From: a gamma proteobacterium SCGC AB-629-P17
Lineage (GTDB): Bacteria > Pseudomonadota > Gammaproteobacteria > PS1 > Pseudothioglobaceae
Assembly (NCBI GenBank): GCA_000372785.1
Contig: KB889769.1
Coordinates: 27,153-91,152, forward strand
Reading direction: 5' to 3'
Length of the DNA: 64,000 bases
Below, in pieces: positions 42,267 to 52,062 of the stretch; the first letter of the stretch is position 1; every line of letters starts with the position of its first letter. The notes under the pieces are model-generated. The model did no database searches. It was not told the origin of the DNA and saw nothing but the letters and a program-made list of their open reading frames with translations. A program made the position numbers and the translations under genes.

Positions 42267-44044
42267 TGAGACAATATCTTAAAGAAATATTTGTATTAAT
42301 GGGTGAAGATAAAAAGAAACTCCCATGGTTGCTTACATTATTTTTTATTGTTTCTTTCTTTGATATTTTAGGAATAGGTCTTATAGCACCTTATGTCTCT
42401 ATGGTGATGGAGCCAGATCACGCAATTGATTTTTTTTCCAACTATGTTCCATGGATTGATTGGCCTACTGATTTATATTCATTAATGATGATAATGAGCA
42501 TATTGTTACTGGGAGTATTTATTGTTAAAACAGTATCTTCGGTTTGGATTAATTATTTGATCATTAAATTTAGCACTACTCTCCGAGTAAGGCTTAGTGT
42601 TGAGCTTATGGATAATTATCAAAATCTTCCGTATATCGAGTATCTCCGTCGTAATAGTTCTGAATATATACATACCACACAGAATTTAGTCAGTGAGTAT
42701 TCTAATCGTACGATACAAACAGGTCTGGGGATGGTAAGCAATGGAATTGTAGCCCTAGCAATACTTGCAATGCTAGCATATACAAACATGTTGGCATTTT
42801 TACTACTTGTCAGTTTGATGTTAGTATTTTTAATTGCTTATGATCAGGTATTCCATAACAAAATAAAAGTAATAGGTAAAAAATCCAATCTAGCTTCTAT
42901 TCAAATGGTCAAGGGTATTCATGAAGGGTTAGAAGGATTGAAGGAAATACGTGTTTTAGGGCATGAAGATTATTTTTTAAACCAAGTAAGAGCTGGCGCT
43001 ACAGGTGTCGCTAAATACAGCATGTACTCTACAATTGTAGGCATAATACCAAGATATTTGATTGAACTTATATTGATACTTTTTATAGTATTATTAGTAA
43101 CTTCATCATTAGTAATGGGTGCTAATCTGCAAGAGCTTCTCCCCACGCTTGCTATTTTTGGTTTGGCTTCAGTCCGCCTCCTCCCAATTGCAAATATTAT
43201 ATCAAATGGCCTTATAAAATTTCGCTTTAATAGAGATGGAGTTTCTAGATTATATTCTGATGTAATGAGAATAAGAGATAGTGAATTAGTTCACAAAAAT
43301 GTTTATGAAGATTTACCCAAAGAACAAAGCATGAGTAAGTCTTTTGAAACACTGACAATAGAAGATGTTTCATTTATTTATCCTAATGCAACAAAAGAAG
43401 GATTAAAACATATTAACTTAAAAATAAAACGCGGTGATTCGATAGGTATCGTTGGGGAATCTGGTTCTGGAAAAACTACTTTAGTAGATACGATTTTAGG
43501 TCTGTTAGACCCTGCTAGTGGTGAGATATATTTTAATGGTAAAAGTTTAAAACAACAGATGCATAATTGGCATAAGCGTGTAGCATATCTACCGCAGGAA
43601 ATTTTTTTAATAGACGATAAACTTAAAAGTAACGTTGCATTAGGTATTAATGAGCAAAATATTGATCTTAAATTACTGAACCAGTCATTAGAAAAAGCCT
43701 CCTTAGCTGATCTATTAAAAGAGTTGCCAGATGGGATAGATACAATATTGGGAGAAAGAGGAGTGAGACTATCTGGTGGCCAGCGTCAGCGTATTGCACT
43801 GGCAAGAGCCTTTTATCATAAAAGAGATATTCTTATAATGGATGAATCTACAAGTGCTTTAGATAATGAAACAGAAAAAGAGATTGTTCATGAAATAAAG
43901 AAATTAAAAGGCAGCATAACAATGGTTGTAATTGCCCATAGATTCTCCACCATTGAAAATTGTGATATTATTTACAGACTTCATAAAGGTGAAATAGTTG
44001 ATTATGGTGCACCAGATGATATGCTAGGTTTAAATAATAAATAA
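42266..44044 (+). CDS. ABC exporter, fused TMD+NBD (PglK/Wzk-like glycan flippase)
   Basis: GESGSGKT, LSGGQRQRIALARA, MDESTSALD, IAHR. Confidence 0.88.
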   Translation: MRQYLKEIFVLMGEDKKKLPWLLTLFFIVSFFDILGIGLIAPYVSMVMEPDHAIDFFSNYVPWIDWPTDLYSLMMIMSILLLGVFIVKTVSSVWINYLIIKFSTTLRVRLSVELMDNYQNLPYIEYLRRNSSEYIHTTQNLVSEYSNRTIQTGLGMVSNGIVALAILAMLAYTNMLAFLLLVSLMLVFLIAYDQVFHNKIKVIGKKSNLASIQMVKGIHEGLEGLKEIRVLGHEDYFLNQVRAGATGVAKYSMYSTIVGIIPRYLIELILILFIVLLVTSSLVMGANLQELLPTLAIFGLASVRLLPIANIISNGLIKFRFNRDGVSRLYSDVMRIRDSELVHKNVYEDLPKEQSMSKSFETLTIEDVSFIYPNATKEGLKHINLKIKRGDSIGIVGESGSGKTTLVDTILGLLDPASGEIYFNGKSLKQQMHNWHKRVAYLPQEIFLIDDKLKSNVALGINEQNIDLKLLNQSLEKASLADLLKELPDGIDTILGERGVRLSGGQRQRIALARAFYHKRDILIMDESTSALDNETEKEIVHEIKKLKGSITMVVIAHRFSTIENCDIIYRLHKGEIVDYGAPDDMLGLNNK

Positions 44045-44086
44045 TAAATAATAAATAATAAATAATAAATAATAAATAATAAATAG
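44031..44086 (+). repeat. Heptamer tandem array (TAAATAA)x7 + TAAATAG
   Basis: Counted directly; contains the stop codon of the ABC gene. Confidence 0.97.
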
Positions 44087-44246
44087 AAAAGTTTTGCTTA
44101 CTTTAGCAAAAGGTGATTCAACATATATTCCTATTGGTAGAAAACATAGTTTGGAGAATAAAACTAGCAAACCGCTTGAAATTATCGAAGTACAAAGTGG
44201 TGATTACTTGGGCGAGGATGATATTGTTAGATTTGAGGCTATTTAA
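44085..44246 (+). pseudogene. Start-less relic of ManC/phosphomannose-isomerase C-terminal cupin
   Basis: RKVLLTLAKGDSTYIPIGRKHSLENKTSKPLEIIEVQSGDYLGEDDIVRFEAI* aligns with the intact manC tail STYIPKGEVHRLENREKTPLEIIEIQTGSYLGEDDITRLE. Confidence 0.92.
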
Positions 44247-44316
44247 ACAACGGAGATTCTGTTTTTAGCGGTTGTTAAAAATGGGAGGATTACATACTAA
44301 TATTTTTTGAGGTTTT

Positions 44317-45330
44317 ATGATTGTAAATAATTCAGTATATGTTATTGCCGAAGCAGGCCTTAATCATAATGGTTCTGTTGAAATAGCTAAGTCTTTGATT
44401 GACTTAGCAGCGAAAGCAGGCGCTAATGCAGTGAAGTTTCAGAAGCGCACAATTGACAAGCTTGCAATTGGATCAGTGCTTAATGCTGACGATAATCGTT
44501 TCCCTAAATTTGGTAAGACGTATCGTGATATCCGTGAATTTCTTGAATTTGATATGAAACAATACAGAGTCATTAAGCAATACAGCGAAGACAAGGGTTT
44601 GGATTTTATTTGTACTGCTTTTGATACTGAAGCAGTTGATTTTCTCGAAGAACTGGGCGTTAAGAAATACAAATTAGCCAGTCATAGTGCGACAAATATT
44701 GAGTTATTAGAATACTTGGCAAAGAAGGGGAAAGAGGTAATATTGTCTACCGGTATGACAGAATTGCAAGAGATTGATACAGCTGTACAAATTTTTCAAC
44801 ACCATAAAACACATTTGATATTATTACATTGTGTGTCGACTTACCCAACTCCTATGGATGAATGTAATTTGAATATGATTCATGTACTGAAAGAAAGATT
44901 TAATTTGCCAGTTGGATATTCTGGCCATGAGCTTGGTTATTTGCCAACATTAACCGCAGTTGCAATGGGCGCTATCGCCATTGAAAGACATTACACGCTG
45001 GATAATGACATGACAGGCTTTGATCATAAAATGTCACTTAATCCAGAAGGTTTTATTGCCATGGTAAGAGATATTAGAGCCATTGAAAAAATCAAAGGCA
45101 CTGGTGAAAAAAATGTCAATGAAACAGAATGGATTACTAGGCGCAAGTATCATGTTTCTATGGCATCATCACAAGATATCCCTATAGGTACTGAGTTGAC
45201 AGTTGACATGGTTGCATACCGTAATCCTGGCACAGGAATTCCAGCTAAGGATGCGCACAAAATTCTTGGAAAGAAAGCCTTAAAAAATGTACCAGCAGAT
45301 GAACTGTTGAATTTTGAAATGTTTAAATGA
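44317..45330 (+). CDS. NeuB-family nonulosonic acid synthase with SAF domain
   Basis: IAEAGLNHNGS, KFQKR, LSTGM, GYSGHE, ERHYT, RNPGTGI. Confidence 0.9.
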   Translation: MIVNNSVYVIAEAGLNHNGSVEIAKSLIDLAAKAGANAVKFQKRTIDKLAIGSVLNADDNRFPKFGKTYRDIREFLEFDMKQYRVIKQYSEDKGLDFICTAFDTEAVDFLEELGVKKYKLASHSATNIELLEYLAKKGKEVILSTGMTELQEIDTAVQIFQHHKTHLILLHCVSTYPTPMDECNLNMIHVLKERFNLPVGYSGHELGYLPTLTAVAMGAIAIERHYTLDNDMTGFDHKMSLNPEGFIAMVRDIRAIEKIKGTGEKNVNETEWITRRKYHVSMASSQDIPIGTELTVDMVAYRNPGTGIPAKDAHKILGKKALKNVPADELLNFEMFK

Positions 45331-46697
45331 ATTCAAACTCTCCAGAAGTATCAATTATTATCCGAACTCATAACGAAGAGCGGTGGATATCGCATTGTTT
45401 AAGCGCGATCTTTAGTCAAGACTTTGATAATTTTGAAGTGGTTTTGGTTGATAATAATAGTACTGACTATACGGTTGAGGTGGCAAAGCGATATCCTATA
45501 ACTAATATAGTTACGATTGATAAGTTTTTCCCAGGCAAGGCGTTAAATGATGGAATTCGGGCATCTTCAGGTGATTATATTGTATGTATTTCTTCTCATT
45601 GCATTCCAAAAGATAAAAATTGGTTAAGAAATTTATATAAAAATTTCAATATTAGCAAAAAAATAGCTGGAGTGTATGGGCGTCAATTACCTCTTTCATA
45701 TACTGGAGATGATGATAAGAGAGATTTACTCATTACTTTTGGTCAAGATAGAAAAATCCAAGTTAAAGATTATTTTTTTCATAATGCAAATAGTATGCTA
45801 CCAAGGTTTATTTGGAATAAGTTCCCTTTTGATGAAAGTCTAACAAATATTGAAGATAGGGCTTGGGCAAAATTAGTCATTGACGCAGGTTATAAGATTA
45901 TCTATGAGCCTGATGCATCAGTTTATCATCATCATGGACTTCATCAGCATGGCAGTTCTTCAAAAAGATCAAAAGGAATTGCAACTATATTAGATAAACT
46001 AGATGAAGAAGATATAGGAGATTTGCCTAGCTCTCTAAAGCCTGAAAATATATTTGTTTCTTCTTTACTACTAGTAAATGATAAAGTTGACGAGCTTTCC
46101 TTAGAGATTAAGCTTCTTGAAATGAGTATTAATGAGTTAAAGTCTGCATCATATGTTAATGATATTTATATCGCCTCCTATGACAAAAATATTGCTATTC
46201 AGTTTGGAGCGAAATGGATAAATAGAAATCAGTCAGTATTTAATGAAAGCGAAATGAATGTTGAAAAGTTATTATCCTTGTCTTTAAAGGATATTGAGTC
46301 AAAAGGAATTTTTCCTAGCGTTATACTTTATGTCAATCATCATTATCCTTTTAGGCCATATAATTTGTTCGATGATTTAATTTCTGATCTTCAATATATG
46401 GGCCTTAGTTCAGTTTTTCCATGCTTTGTAGATTATGGACATTATTGGCAAAAGCGAAGTGATAGTAGTTTTATAAAGATTGACTCTTCGATGGATTCTC
46501 GTTCAAGCAGAGAGCCAATTTTGCGTGCTTTGTATGGGCTTGGATGCGCAACATCATCTGTTGAAATTAGAAAAGGCAGTATCACAGGCGATAATATTGG
46601 CGTAATTGCTATTGAAGATTATAGATATACCTTGAATTCGCGTGAGGGTGGATCAAAAGAAATTATTGAGAATCTTTTAAATTCTGAGAATGAATAA
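45327..46697 (+). CDS. GT2 glycosyltransferase fused to degenerate cytidylyltransferase-like C-terminal domain
   Basis: N-terminal IIIRTHNEE, VDNNSTD, ED..WA. C-terminal half follows the NeuA fold (LLEMSI..LKSASYVNDIYIAS, YPFRP) but lacks the ARGGSK loop. Confidence 0.7.
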   Translation: MNSNSPEVSIIIRTHNEERWISHCLSAIFSQDFDNFEVVLVDNNSTDYTVEVAKRYPITNIVTIDKFFPGKALNDGIRASSGDYIVCISSHCIPKDKNWLRNLYKNFNISKKIAGVYGRQLPLSYTGDDDKRDLLITFGQDRKIQVKDYFFHNANSMLPRFIWNKFPFDESLTNIEDRAWAKLVIDAGYKIIYEPDASVYHHHGLHQHGSSSKRSKGIATILDKLDEEDIGDLPSSLKPENIFVSSLLLVNDKVDELSLEIKLLEMSINELKSASYVNDIYIASYDKNIAIQFGAKWINRNQSVFNESEMNVEKLLSLSLKDIESKGIFPSVILYVNHHYPFRPYNLFDDLISDLQYMGLSSVFPCFVDYGHYWQKRSDSSFIKIDSSMDSRSSREPILRALYGLGCATSSVEIRKGSITGDNIGVIAIEDYRYTLNSREGGSKEIIENLLNSENE

Positions 46698-47415
46698 CGA
46701 TAGTGAATTAAGAATACTTGGCTTAACTCTTGCAAGGGGTGGATCAAAGTCTGTTCCAAAGAAGAATATTAAAAAGATTGAAGGCATGCCTCTAATTGGC
46801 TACACTATAGTTGAGGCTTTAAAAAGTCAATATTTAACTCGCTATATTGTTTCAACTGATGATGAAGATATACAAAAAATAGTTATTAAGTTAGGTGCTG
46901 AAGCCCCATTTCTAAGACCTTCTGAATACAGTACTGATGAGGCTAGCTCAGTTTCAGCGATGCAGCATGCAGTTAAATGGGTAGAGCAACAGGAGGGCGT
47001 AAAATATGATTATGTGGTAGAACTGATGTGCACTAATCCATTAAAAACAGTTGAGGATATTGATTTATCTATTGAAAAATTAATATCAACAAATTCAGAT
47101 TCTGTTATTGCAGTTCACAAACTGGAGGATCATCATCCAATTAGAATAAAAAAAATAATCAATGATAAGATTATTGACTTTTGTCTACCAGAATCACCAG
47201 AAACTAGAAGACAGGACTTGAAGCCAGATGCATTTATTAGGAGTGGCTCAATATATGCTTTGAAAAGGGATCATTTAATGATTGATAATTCAAGATATGG
47301 CTCTGAAAAAAGTAGGCCATACATACTGCCAGCTGAACGAGCAATAAATGTTGATACTGAAATTGATTTTATGATTGCTGAAGTTCTTATTAAAAAAAAA
47401 GAAAATGAACTATAA
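46690..47415 (+). CDS. Acylneuraminate cytidylyltransferase (NeuA family)
   Basis: LARGGSKSVPKKN, VSTDD, PFLRP, TNPL, RRQDL, NVDTEID. Confidence 0.92.
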   Translation: MNNDSELRILGLTLARGGSKSVPKKNIKKIEGMPLIGYTIVEALKSQYLTRYIVSTDDEDIQKIVIKLGAEAPFLRPSEYSTDEASSVSAMQHAVKWVEQQEGVKYDYVVELMCTNPLKTVEDIDLSIEKLISTNSDSVIAVHKLEDHHPIRIKKIINDKIIDFCLPESPETRRQDLKPDAFIRSGSIYALKRDHLMIDNSRYGSEKSRPYILPAERAINVDTEIDFMIAEVLIKKKENEL

Positions 47416-48373
47416 AATACTTGTAATCACACCGGTAACTCACATTAAGAATGTGCCAGAAGTTCTGAAATCTATTGGCGAGATTACTTTTTTTGATGAT
47501 CCTTCATTGGATCAAGTTTTAGAAATCATCTCTGGCTATGACGCAATTTATACTAACCCAAACAAATCAAAAGTCTTTATTGGAAGAGAATTATTAGATA
47601 AAGCTTCTAATTTAAAAGTAATCTGTACTGCATCAACTGGAACAAATCATATTGATGTTTCTTATGCTAAAACAATTAACATCCCTATCTTGTCTCTTAC
47701 TGAAGAAAGAAGTGTAATAAATCGAATAAGTTCTACTGCAGAGCTAGCTTTTTCTTTAACTTTAGCAAGTCTTAGACATGTGGTCAAGAGTCACAAAGCA
47801 GTTTTGGGTGGTGAGTGGGATTATGAGAAATATATTGGGCGGCAAATGAACTCTCTAACAATAGGTGTAATTGGCTATGGAAGGCTTGGAAGTATTTACA
47901 CAAAATACTGTAATGCCTTTGATGCAGAAGTTATAGCCTATGATCCGTACAAGAAAATAAATGATCAAGGTGTTGAGCAGGTTCATCAATTAATTGAGTT
48001 ACTTCAGCGATCAAATGTAATTGCAATTCATGTTCATGTTACTGAAGAAACGATTGGAATGATTAATAAAACATGTTTTGATAAAATGAATTCAGATGTC
48101 ATAATAGTGAATACTTCTCGTGGCGATATGGTAAATGAATCAGATTTGGTAAGTTTTCTCAAGACGAATCAAGGTGCAAGAATTGCTACAGATGTTTTGG
48201 AAAATGAGATAACAAATAGAGAAAATAGCCCCTTACTTGAATATGCAATGTCCTCCGATCAAGTAATTATTACACCACATATTGGTGGAATGAGCCTCGA
48301 AGCTCAAGAGATTGCATATGGACATGCAGCAAATAGATTAAAGAATTTTTTTAAAGAGCTTGAAATTTTATGA
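47405..48373 (+). CDS. D-isomer-specific 2-hydroxyacid dehydrogenase (SerA-like)
   Basis: STGTNHID, TAEL, GYGRLG, NTSRG, DVLENE, TPHIGG; ATG 47405 preferred. Confidence 0.88.
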   Translation: MNYKILVITPVTHIKNVPEVLKSIGEITFFDDPSLDQVLEIISGYDAIYTNPNKSKVFIGRELLDKASNLKVICTASTGTNHIDVSYAKTINIPILSLTEERSVINRISSTAELAFSLTLASLRHVVKSHKAVLGGEWDYEKYIGRQMNSLTIGVIGYGRLGSIYTKYCNAFDAEVIAYDPYKKINDQGVEQVHQLIELLQRSNVIAIHVHVTEETIGMINKTCFDKMNSDVIIVNTSRGDMVNESDLVSFLKTNQGARIATDVLENEITNRENSPLLEYAMSSDQVIITPHIGGMSLEAQEIAYGHAANRLKNFFKELEIL

Positions 48374-48388
48374 TTTTAGCGGTTTAGA

Positions 48389-48913
48389 GTGAAAATTAAT
48401 TTTGATATTAATGAGTCAAAAAGTATTAAGGGTATTTGGATATTTACTCCCACAGTTTCTAAAGACTTAAGAGGAACTATTTGGTCTTCGTTTATTCAAG
48501 ATTTTGTCGAGAAAAAAATCACTAAAGGACTTCACTTTAAGCATGATAAGTTTTCTTCCTCAAAGCAAAATGTTTTAAGAGGAATCCATTTTGATTATAA
48601 GTCATGGAAGCTTGTTACATGCGTTTATGGAGAAGTTCAACAAGTTGTTGTTGACTTAAGAAAAGGTTCAACAACATATCTTAAGTGGCAAGCTTTTACA
48701 ATTAATCATGAAAATCCTGTAATGGTATTAATTCCACCAGAAATGGGTAATGCTTATTATGTTAAAAGCCCAACTGCTGTTTATCATTATAAGTTAGCTT
48801 ATAAGGGAGATTACATTGATGCTGATGATCAGTTTTCACTAAAGTGGAATGACCCTGAAATTGGCATTAACTGGTTATCAAAAAATCCAATATTATCGGA
48901 ACGTGACAAATAG
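48389..48913 (+). CDS. RmlC-like NDP-4-keto-sugar 3,5-epimerase
   Basis: DLRG, NVLRGIH, KLVTCVYG, VDLR, WNDP.IGI.W. Confidence 0.85.
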   Translation: MKINFDINESKSIKGIWIFTPTVSKDLRGTIWSSFIQDFVEKKITKGLHFKHDKFSSSKQNVLRGIHFDYKSWKLVTCVYGEVQQVVVDLRKGSTTYLKWQAFTINHENPVMVLIPPEMGNAYYVKSPTAVYHYKLAYKGDYIDADDQFSLKWNDPEIGINWLSKNPILSERDK

Positions 48914-48918
48914 GAGGC

Positions 48919-49323
48919 ATGATGGAAAAAATAAAAGATAATGGAAAAATTATTTCAATAATTTATCGTGATTCTGACTGGGAAAAAGGCTTGAACTTCA
49001 TAACTCCTGATGAATTATTTGTTCAAGTGGGCTCTTGGTGGTATGACAAAGGGAAAAAGTTAGACTCTCATATTCATAAAGACTTTGATAGAGTTGCAAG
49101 CAGAACTCATGAAACTATTTATGTTAAACAAGGTTCAGTGAGGGTTCTTTTATACAGTGAATCTGAAAAATTTATTAAGGATTATATTTTATACCAAGGA
49201 GATCTTGCAGTATTTTGTTACGGAGGTCATGGATATGAAATTCTTGAGGATGATACGAAAATTATCGAGTCCAAAAATGGTCCTTTTATTGATGTAGAAA
49301 CTGATAAAAAGAAATTTAAATAA
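48919..49323 (+). CDS. Cupin-fold hypothetical protein (WbuC-like)
   Basis: HIH..RTHE, GGHG.E, E.KNGP metal-site pattern. Confidence 0.6.
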   Translation: MMEKIKDNGKIISIIYRDSDWEKGLNFITPDELFVQVGSWWYDKGKKLDSHIHKDFDRVASRTHETIYVKQGSVRVLLYSESEKFIKDYILYQGDLAVFCYGGHGYEILEDDTKIIESKNGPFIDVETDKKKFK

Positions 49324-49877
49324 TGAAATTACATTTAGGTTGTTGGCATAGATATATTCCTGGCTTCATTCATGTTGACTTATGTGACATGGATCATATT
49401 GATTATCAGTCCAGAATAGATTATTTGCCTATGTTTAAGGATAACTCTGCTTCCTTGATATACTCGAGCCATAGTTTTGAATACTTTGATAGAGATGAAG
49501 CTATTTTAACTTTAAGAGAGTGGCATCGAATATTAAAGCCAAATGGAATATTAAGACTGGCTGTGCCAGATTTTGATAGCTTAATTAAGATTTATTTGAA
49601 AACAGGAAAAATTGAAAATATTCTAGGGCCCTTATATGGGCAAATGAAAATCATGACAAATTCAGGACAAAAATCTCTTTACCACAAAACACTATACAAC
49701 TATGAAAGCCTATCTAGTATCTTACTAGAGAATAATTTTTCTGATATTGAAAGATATAATTGGCAAGAGACTATTCATAGAGATTATGATGATCATTCTC
49801 AAGCTTATTTTCCTCATATGGATAAAGAAAATGGACTGCTTTTAAGTTTAAATATAGAGGCAAAAAAAAGTGTCTGA
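49323..49877 (+). CDS. SAM-dependent methyltransferase (type 11-like)
   Basis: KLHLGC, IYSSHSFEY, EWHRILKPNG.LRLAVPD. Confidence 0.82.
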   Translation: MKLHLGCWHRYIPGFIHVDLCDMDHIDYQSRIDYLPMFKDNSASLIYSSHSFEYFDRDEAILTLREWHRILKPNGILRLAVPDFDSLIKIYLKTGKIENILGPLYGQMKIMTNSGQKSLYHKTLYNYESLSSILLENNFSDIERYNWQETIHRDYDDHSQAYFPHMDKENGLLLSLNIEAKKSV

Positions 49878-50964
49878 TGAATTTTTAATGCAAATGCGAC
49901 CTTGGTTTGGTGATGAGGAAAAGAAAGCAGTTTGCGATTATATGGATGAAGATGGTTTTCTTACAGAGTTTAAGCATACTGAGTATTTTGAAAAACTCAT
50001 CGCATCTTATACAGGGGCAAAACATTGTGTAGTTGTTAATAATGGAACCATTAGTTTGACTCTTGCTGCAATTGCTGCGGGTATTCAATCAGGTGATGAA
50101 GTTATTGTTCCGAACTACACTATGATCGCGACTCCAAACTCTATAAAATTAATTGGAGCAACTCCAGTATTTGTTGATGTTGAGCCAGAAACTTTATGTT
50201 TAGATATTTCTCTTGTTGAAAAAGCGATCACTTCAAAAACCAAAGCAATAATCTTAGTTTCTGCAAATGGAAGATATCCACATTCAGGAATAGATGCTTT
50301 TGAGCGATTATGTTCTGAGAGAAAAATTATTTTGATAGAGGATTCAGCACAATCTTTAGGTTCATACTATCAGGATGGTAGGCATATCGGAACTGCTGGA
50401 TTAATTGGTAGTTTTTCATTTTCTGCTCCAAAAATAATTTCGACAGGTCAAGGTGGAGCACTTGTTACAAACTCTGATCAAATTAATAAAAAATTAAGGC
50501 TTCTTAAGGACTTTGGAAGGTCAGAAGGTGGTAATGATATCCATCAGTCAATAGGCTATAACTTTAAATTCACCGAGCTTCAGGCTTGTGTTGGCATTGC
50601 TCAAATGGCTAAATTGGATTTTAGAGTTAAGAGAAAAAAAGATATATACAAACAATATCAGAAAGAGTTAAAAAATGTGAAAGAGGTAAAGTTTTTTAAT
50701 CAAGATTTAGTTTCCACAACTCCTTGGTTTATAGATGTTTTAGTTGAAAAACGGGATGATTTGCAGTGTTTTTTAAAGGAAAAAAATATTGGCACTCGAC
50801 CTATGTATCCACCTATCAATTCTCAAGCTGCATATAGACTTAATGGAAACTATCCTGTTTCATCAATTATAGGTAAATCTGGTCTTTGGCTACCTTCAAT
50901 GAGCCAAATAACAAGCAATCAAATTATTAAAGTCACAGAGGCTATAAGGGAGTTCTATAATTGA
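49870..50964 (+). CDS. DegT/DnrJ/EryC1/StrS sugar aminotransferase
   Basis: NNGT, IEDSAQSLG, FSFSAPKIISTGQGG (PLP Lys). Confidence 0.92.
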   Translation: MSDEFLMQMRPWFGDEEKKAVCDYMDEDGFLTEFKHTEYFEKLIASYTGAKHCVVVNNGTISLTLAAIAAGIQSGDEVIVPNYTMIATPNSIKLIGATPVFVDVEPETLCLDISLVEKAITSKTKAIILVSANGRYPHSGIDAFERLCSERKIILIEDSAQSLGSYYQDGRHIGTAGLIGSFSFSAPKIISTGQGGALVTNSDQINKKLRLLKDFGRSEGGNDIHQSIGYNFKFTELQACVGIAQMAKLDFRVKRKKDIYKQYQKELKNVKEVKFFNQDLVSTTPWFIDVLVEKRDDLQCFLKEKNIGTRPMYPPINSQAAYRLNGNYPVSSIIGKSGLWLPSMSQITSNQIIKVTEAIREFYN

Positions 50965-52058
50965 GCCATTCCCAGAAAAAAATATTATATTTGTCAATAG
51001 GCGGAAGGTTAAAGTTATTTAAAAAAGATGGGCCAAGTGAGATGTTTTATGGTGGAAGAGAGTTTGTAAAGGATGGACATCATTTTATAATCATGGAAAT
51101 AGATTCTAATGACTATAAGTTTGGAGTTAATATATTTATTAGAATAATTAACGTTTATTTTTCAAAATTCTTTGGGTTTCCTATTGGCTTTTTTTGGTAT
51201 ATGGCTACTCAAAAAAAAATTATTGCAGAATTTAACAAATATGATCAAATTATTGTTACAACTTCAAGACTTGGTTTGCCCTTGATGCTTCTAAAAAAAT
51301 TTTTTAAATTAAATCCATATATTACATACATAACAATGGGTTTAGTTAATCGTGATACTCAAGTTTTGAAAGTCTGGCTTTATAGAATGCTAATTTCAAA
51401 TGAAGTTAACCTAATTGCATTGGGTAGACCTGAAGCAGTATATGTTGAGAGTAAATTAAAAACTACTGTTAAATACATTCCCTTTGGCGTTGACTTAGAT
51501 TATTGGACTCCATCCGAAGCTTTAAATAATTCCTCTAACTATATATTTTCTATGGGGAATGATTTAAGACGAGACTTTTCACTTTTAATTGATTCGTGGA
51601 AAAGTAGTTATCCTAAACTCATCATCATAACTGCTCTACCAGTTAGCTCTAATAAGGAAAATATTGAAATAAAAAAAGGTAGCTGGCATGGGCAAGAGTT
51701 CTCAGATAGTGAGCTAAGGGATTTATATAGAGGTGCTCAGTTTGTAATTGTACCAAGTAAAGAAACCCTACAACCTTCCGGTGGAAGTGTAACCTTACAA
51801 GCTATGAGTTGCGGGAAAACAGTTATTTATCCAAATATTGAAGGCATATGGGATGACATAATCATGGTTGATGATGATAATTTATTGCTCTATAAAGTTG
51901 GCGATTCTGAATCACTCTCTAAAAAAATTGAATATGCATTATCTAGTAGCACCAATTTAATTAGAATTGGCTCATCGGCTAGAAAAACTGTAGAGCGTGA
52001 ATATAGTGTTAAATCTATGGCTGATAGTATATTCTCTAGTGGTAATAATTTCAATTAG
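50961..52058 (+). CDS. GT4 glycosyltransferase
   Basis: PFGVD, GNDLRRDF, PSGGSVTLQAMSCGK. Confidence 0.8.
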   Translation: MSHSQKKILYLSIGGRLKLFKKDGPSEMFYGGREFVKDGHHFIIMEIDSNDYKFGVNIFIRIINVYFSKFFGFPIGFFWYMATQKKIIAEFNKYDQIIVTTSRLGLPLMLLKKFFKLNPYITYITMGLVNRDTQVLKVWLYRMLISNEVNLIALGRPEAVYVESKLKTTVKYIPFGVDLDYWTPSEALNNSSNYIFSMGNDLRRDFSLLIDSWKSSYPKLIIITALPVSSNKENIEIKKGSWHGQEFSDSELRDLYRGAQFVIVPSKETLQPSGGSVTLQAMSCGKTVIYPNIEGIWDDIIMVDDDNLLLYKVGDSESLSKKIEYALSSSTNLIRIGSSARKTVEREYSVKSMADSIFSSGNNFN

Positions 52059-52062
52059 AAAT

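Noticed and set aside
44031-44086. Tandem array as CRISPR
   Set aside because: 7-nt head-to-tail units with no spacers and no cas genes
44242-44281. Imperfect inverted repeat TTTAAACAAC...GTTGTTAAAA upstream of the second neuB
   Set aside because: AT-rich arms, long loop and a mismatch; not distinguishable from chance
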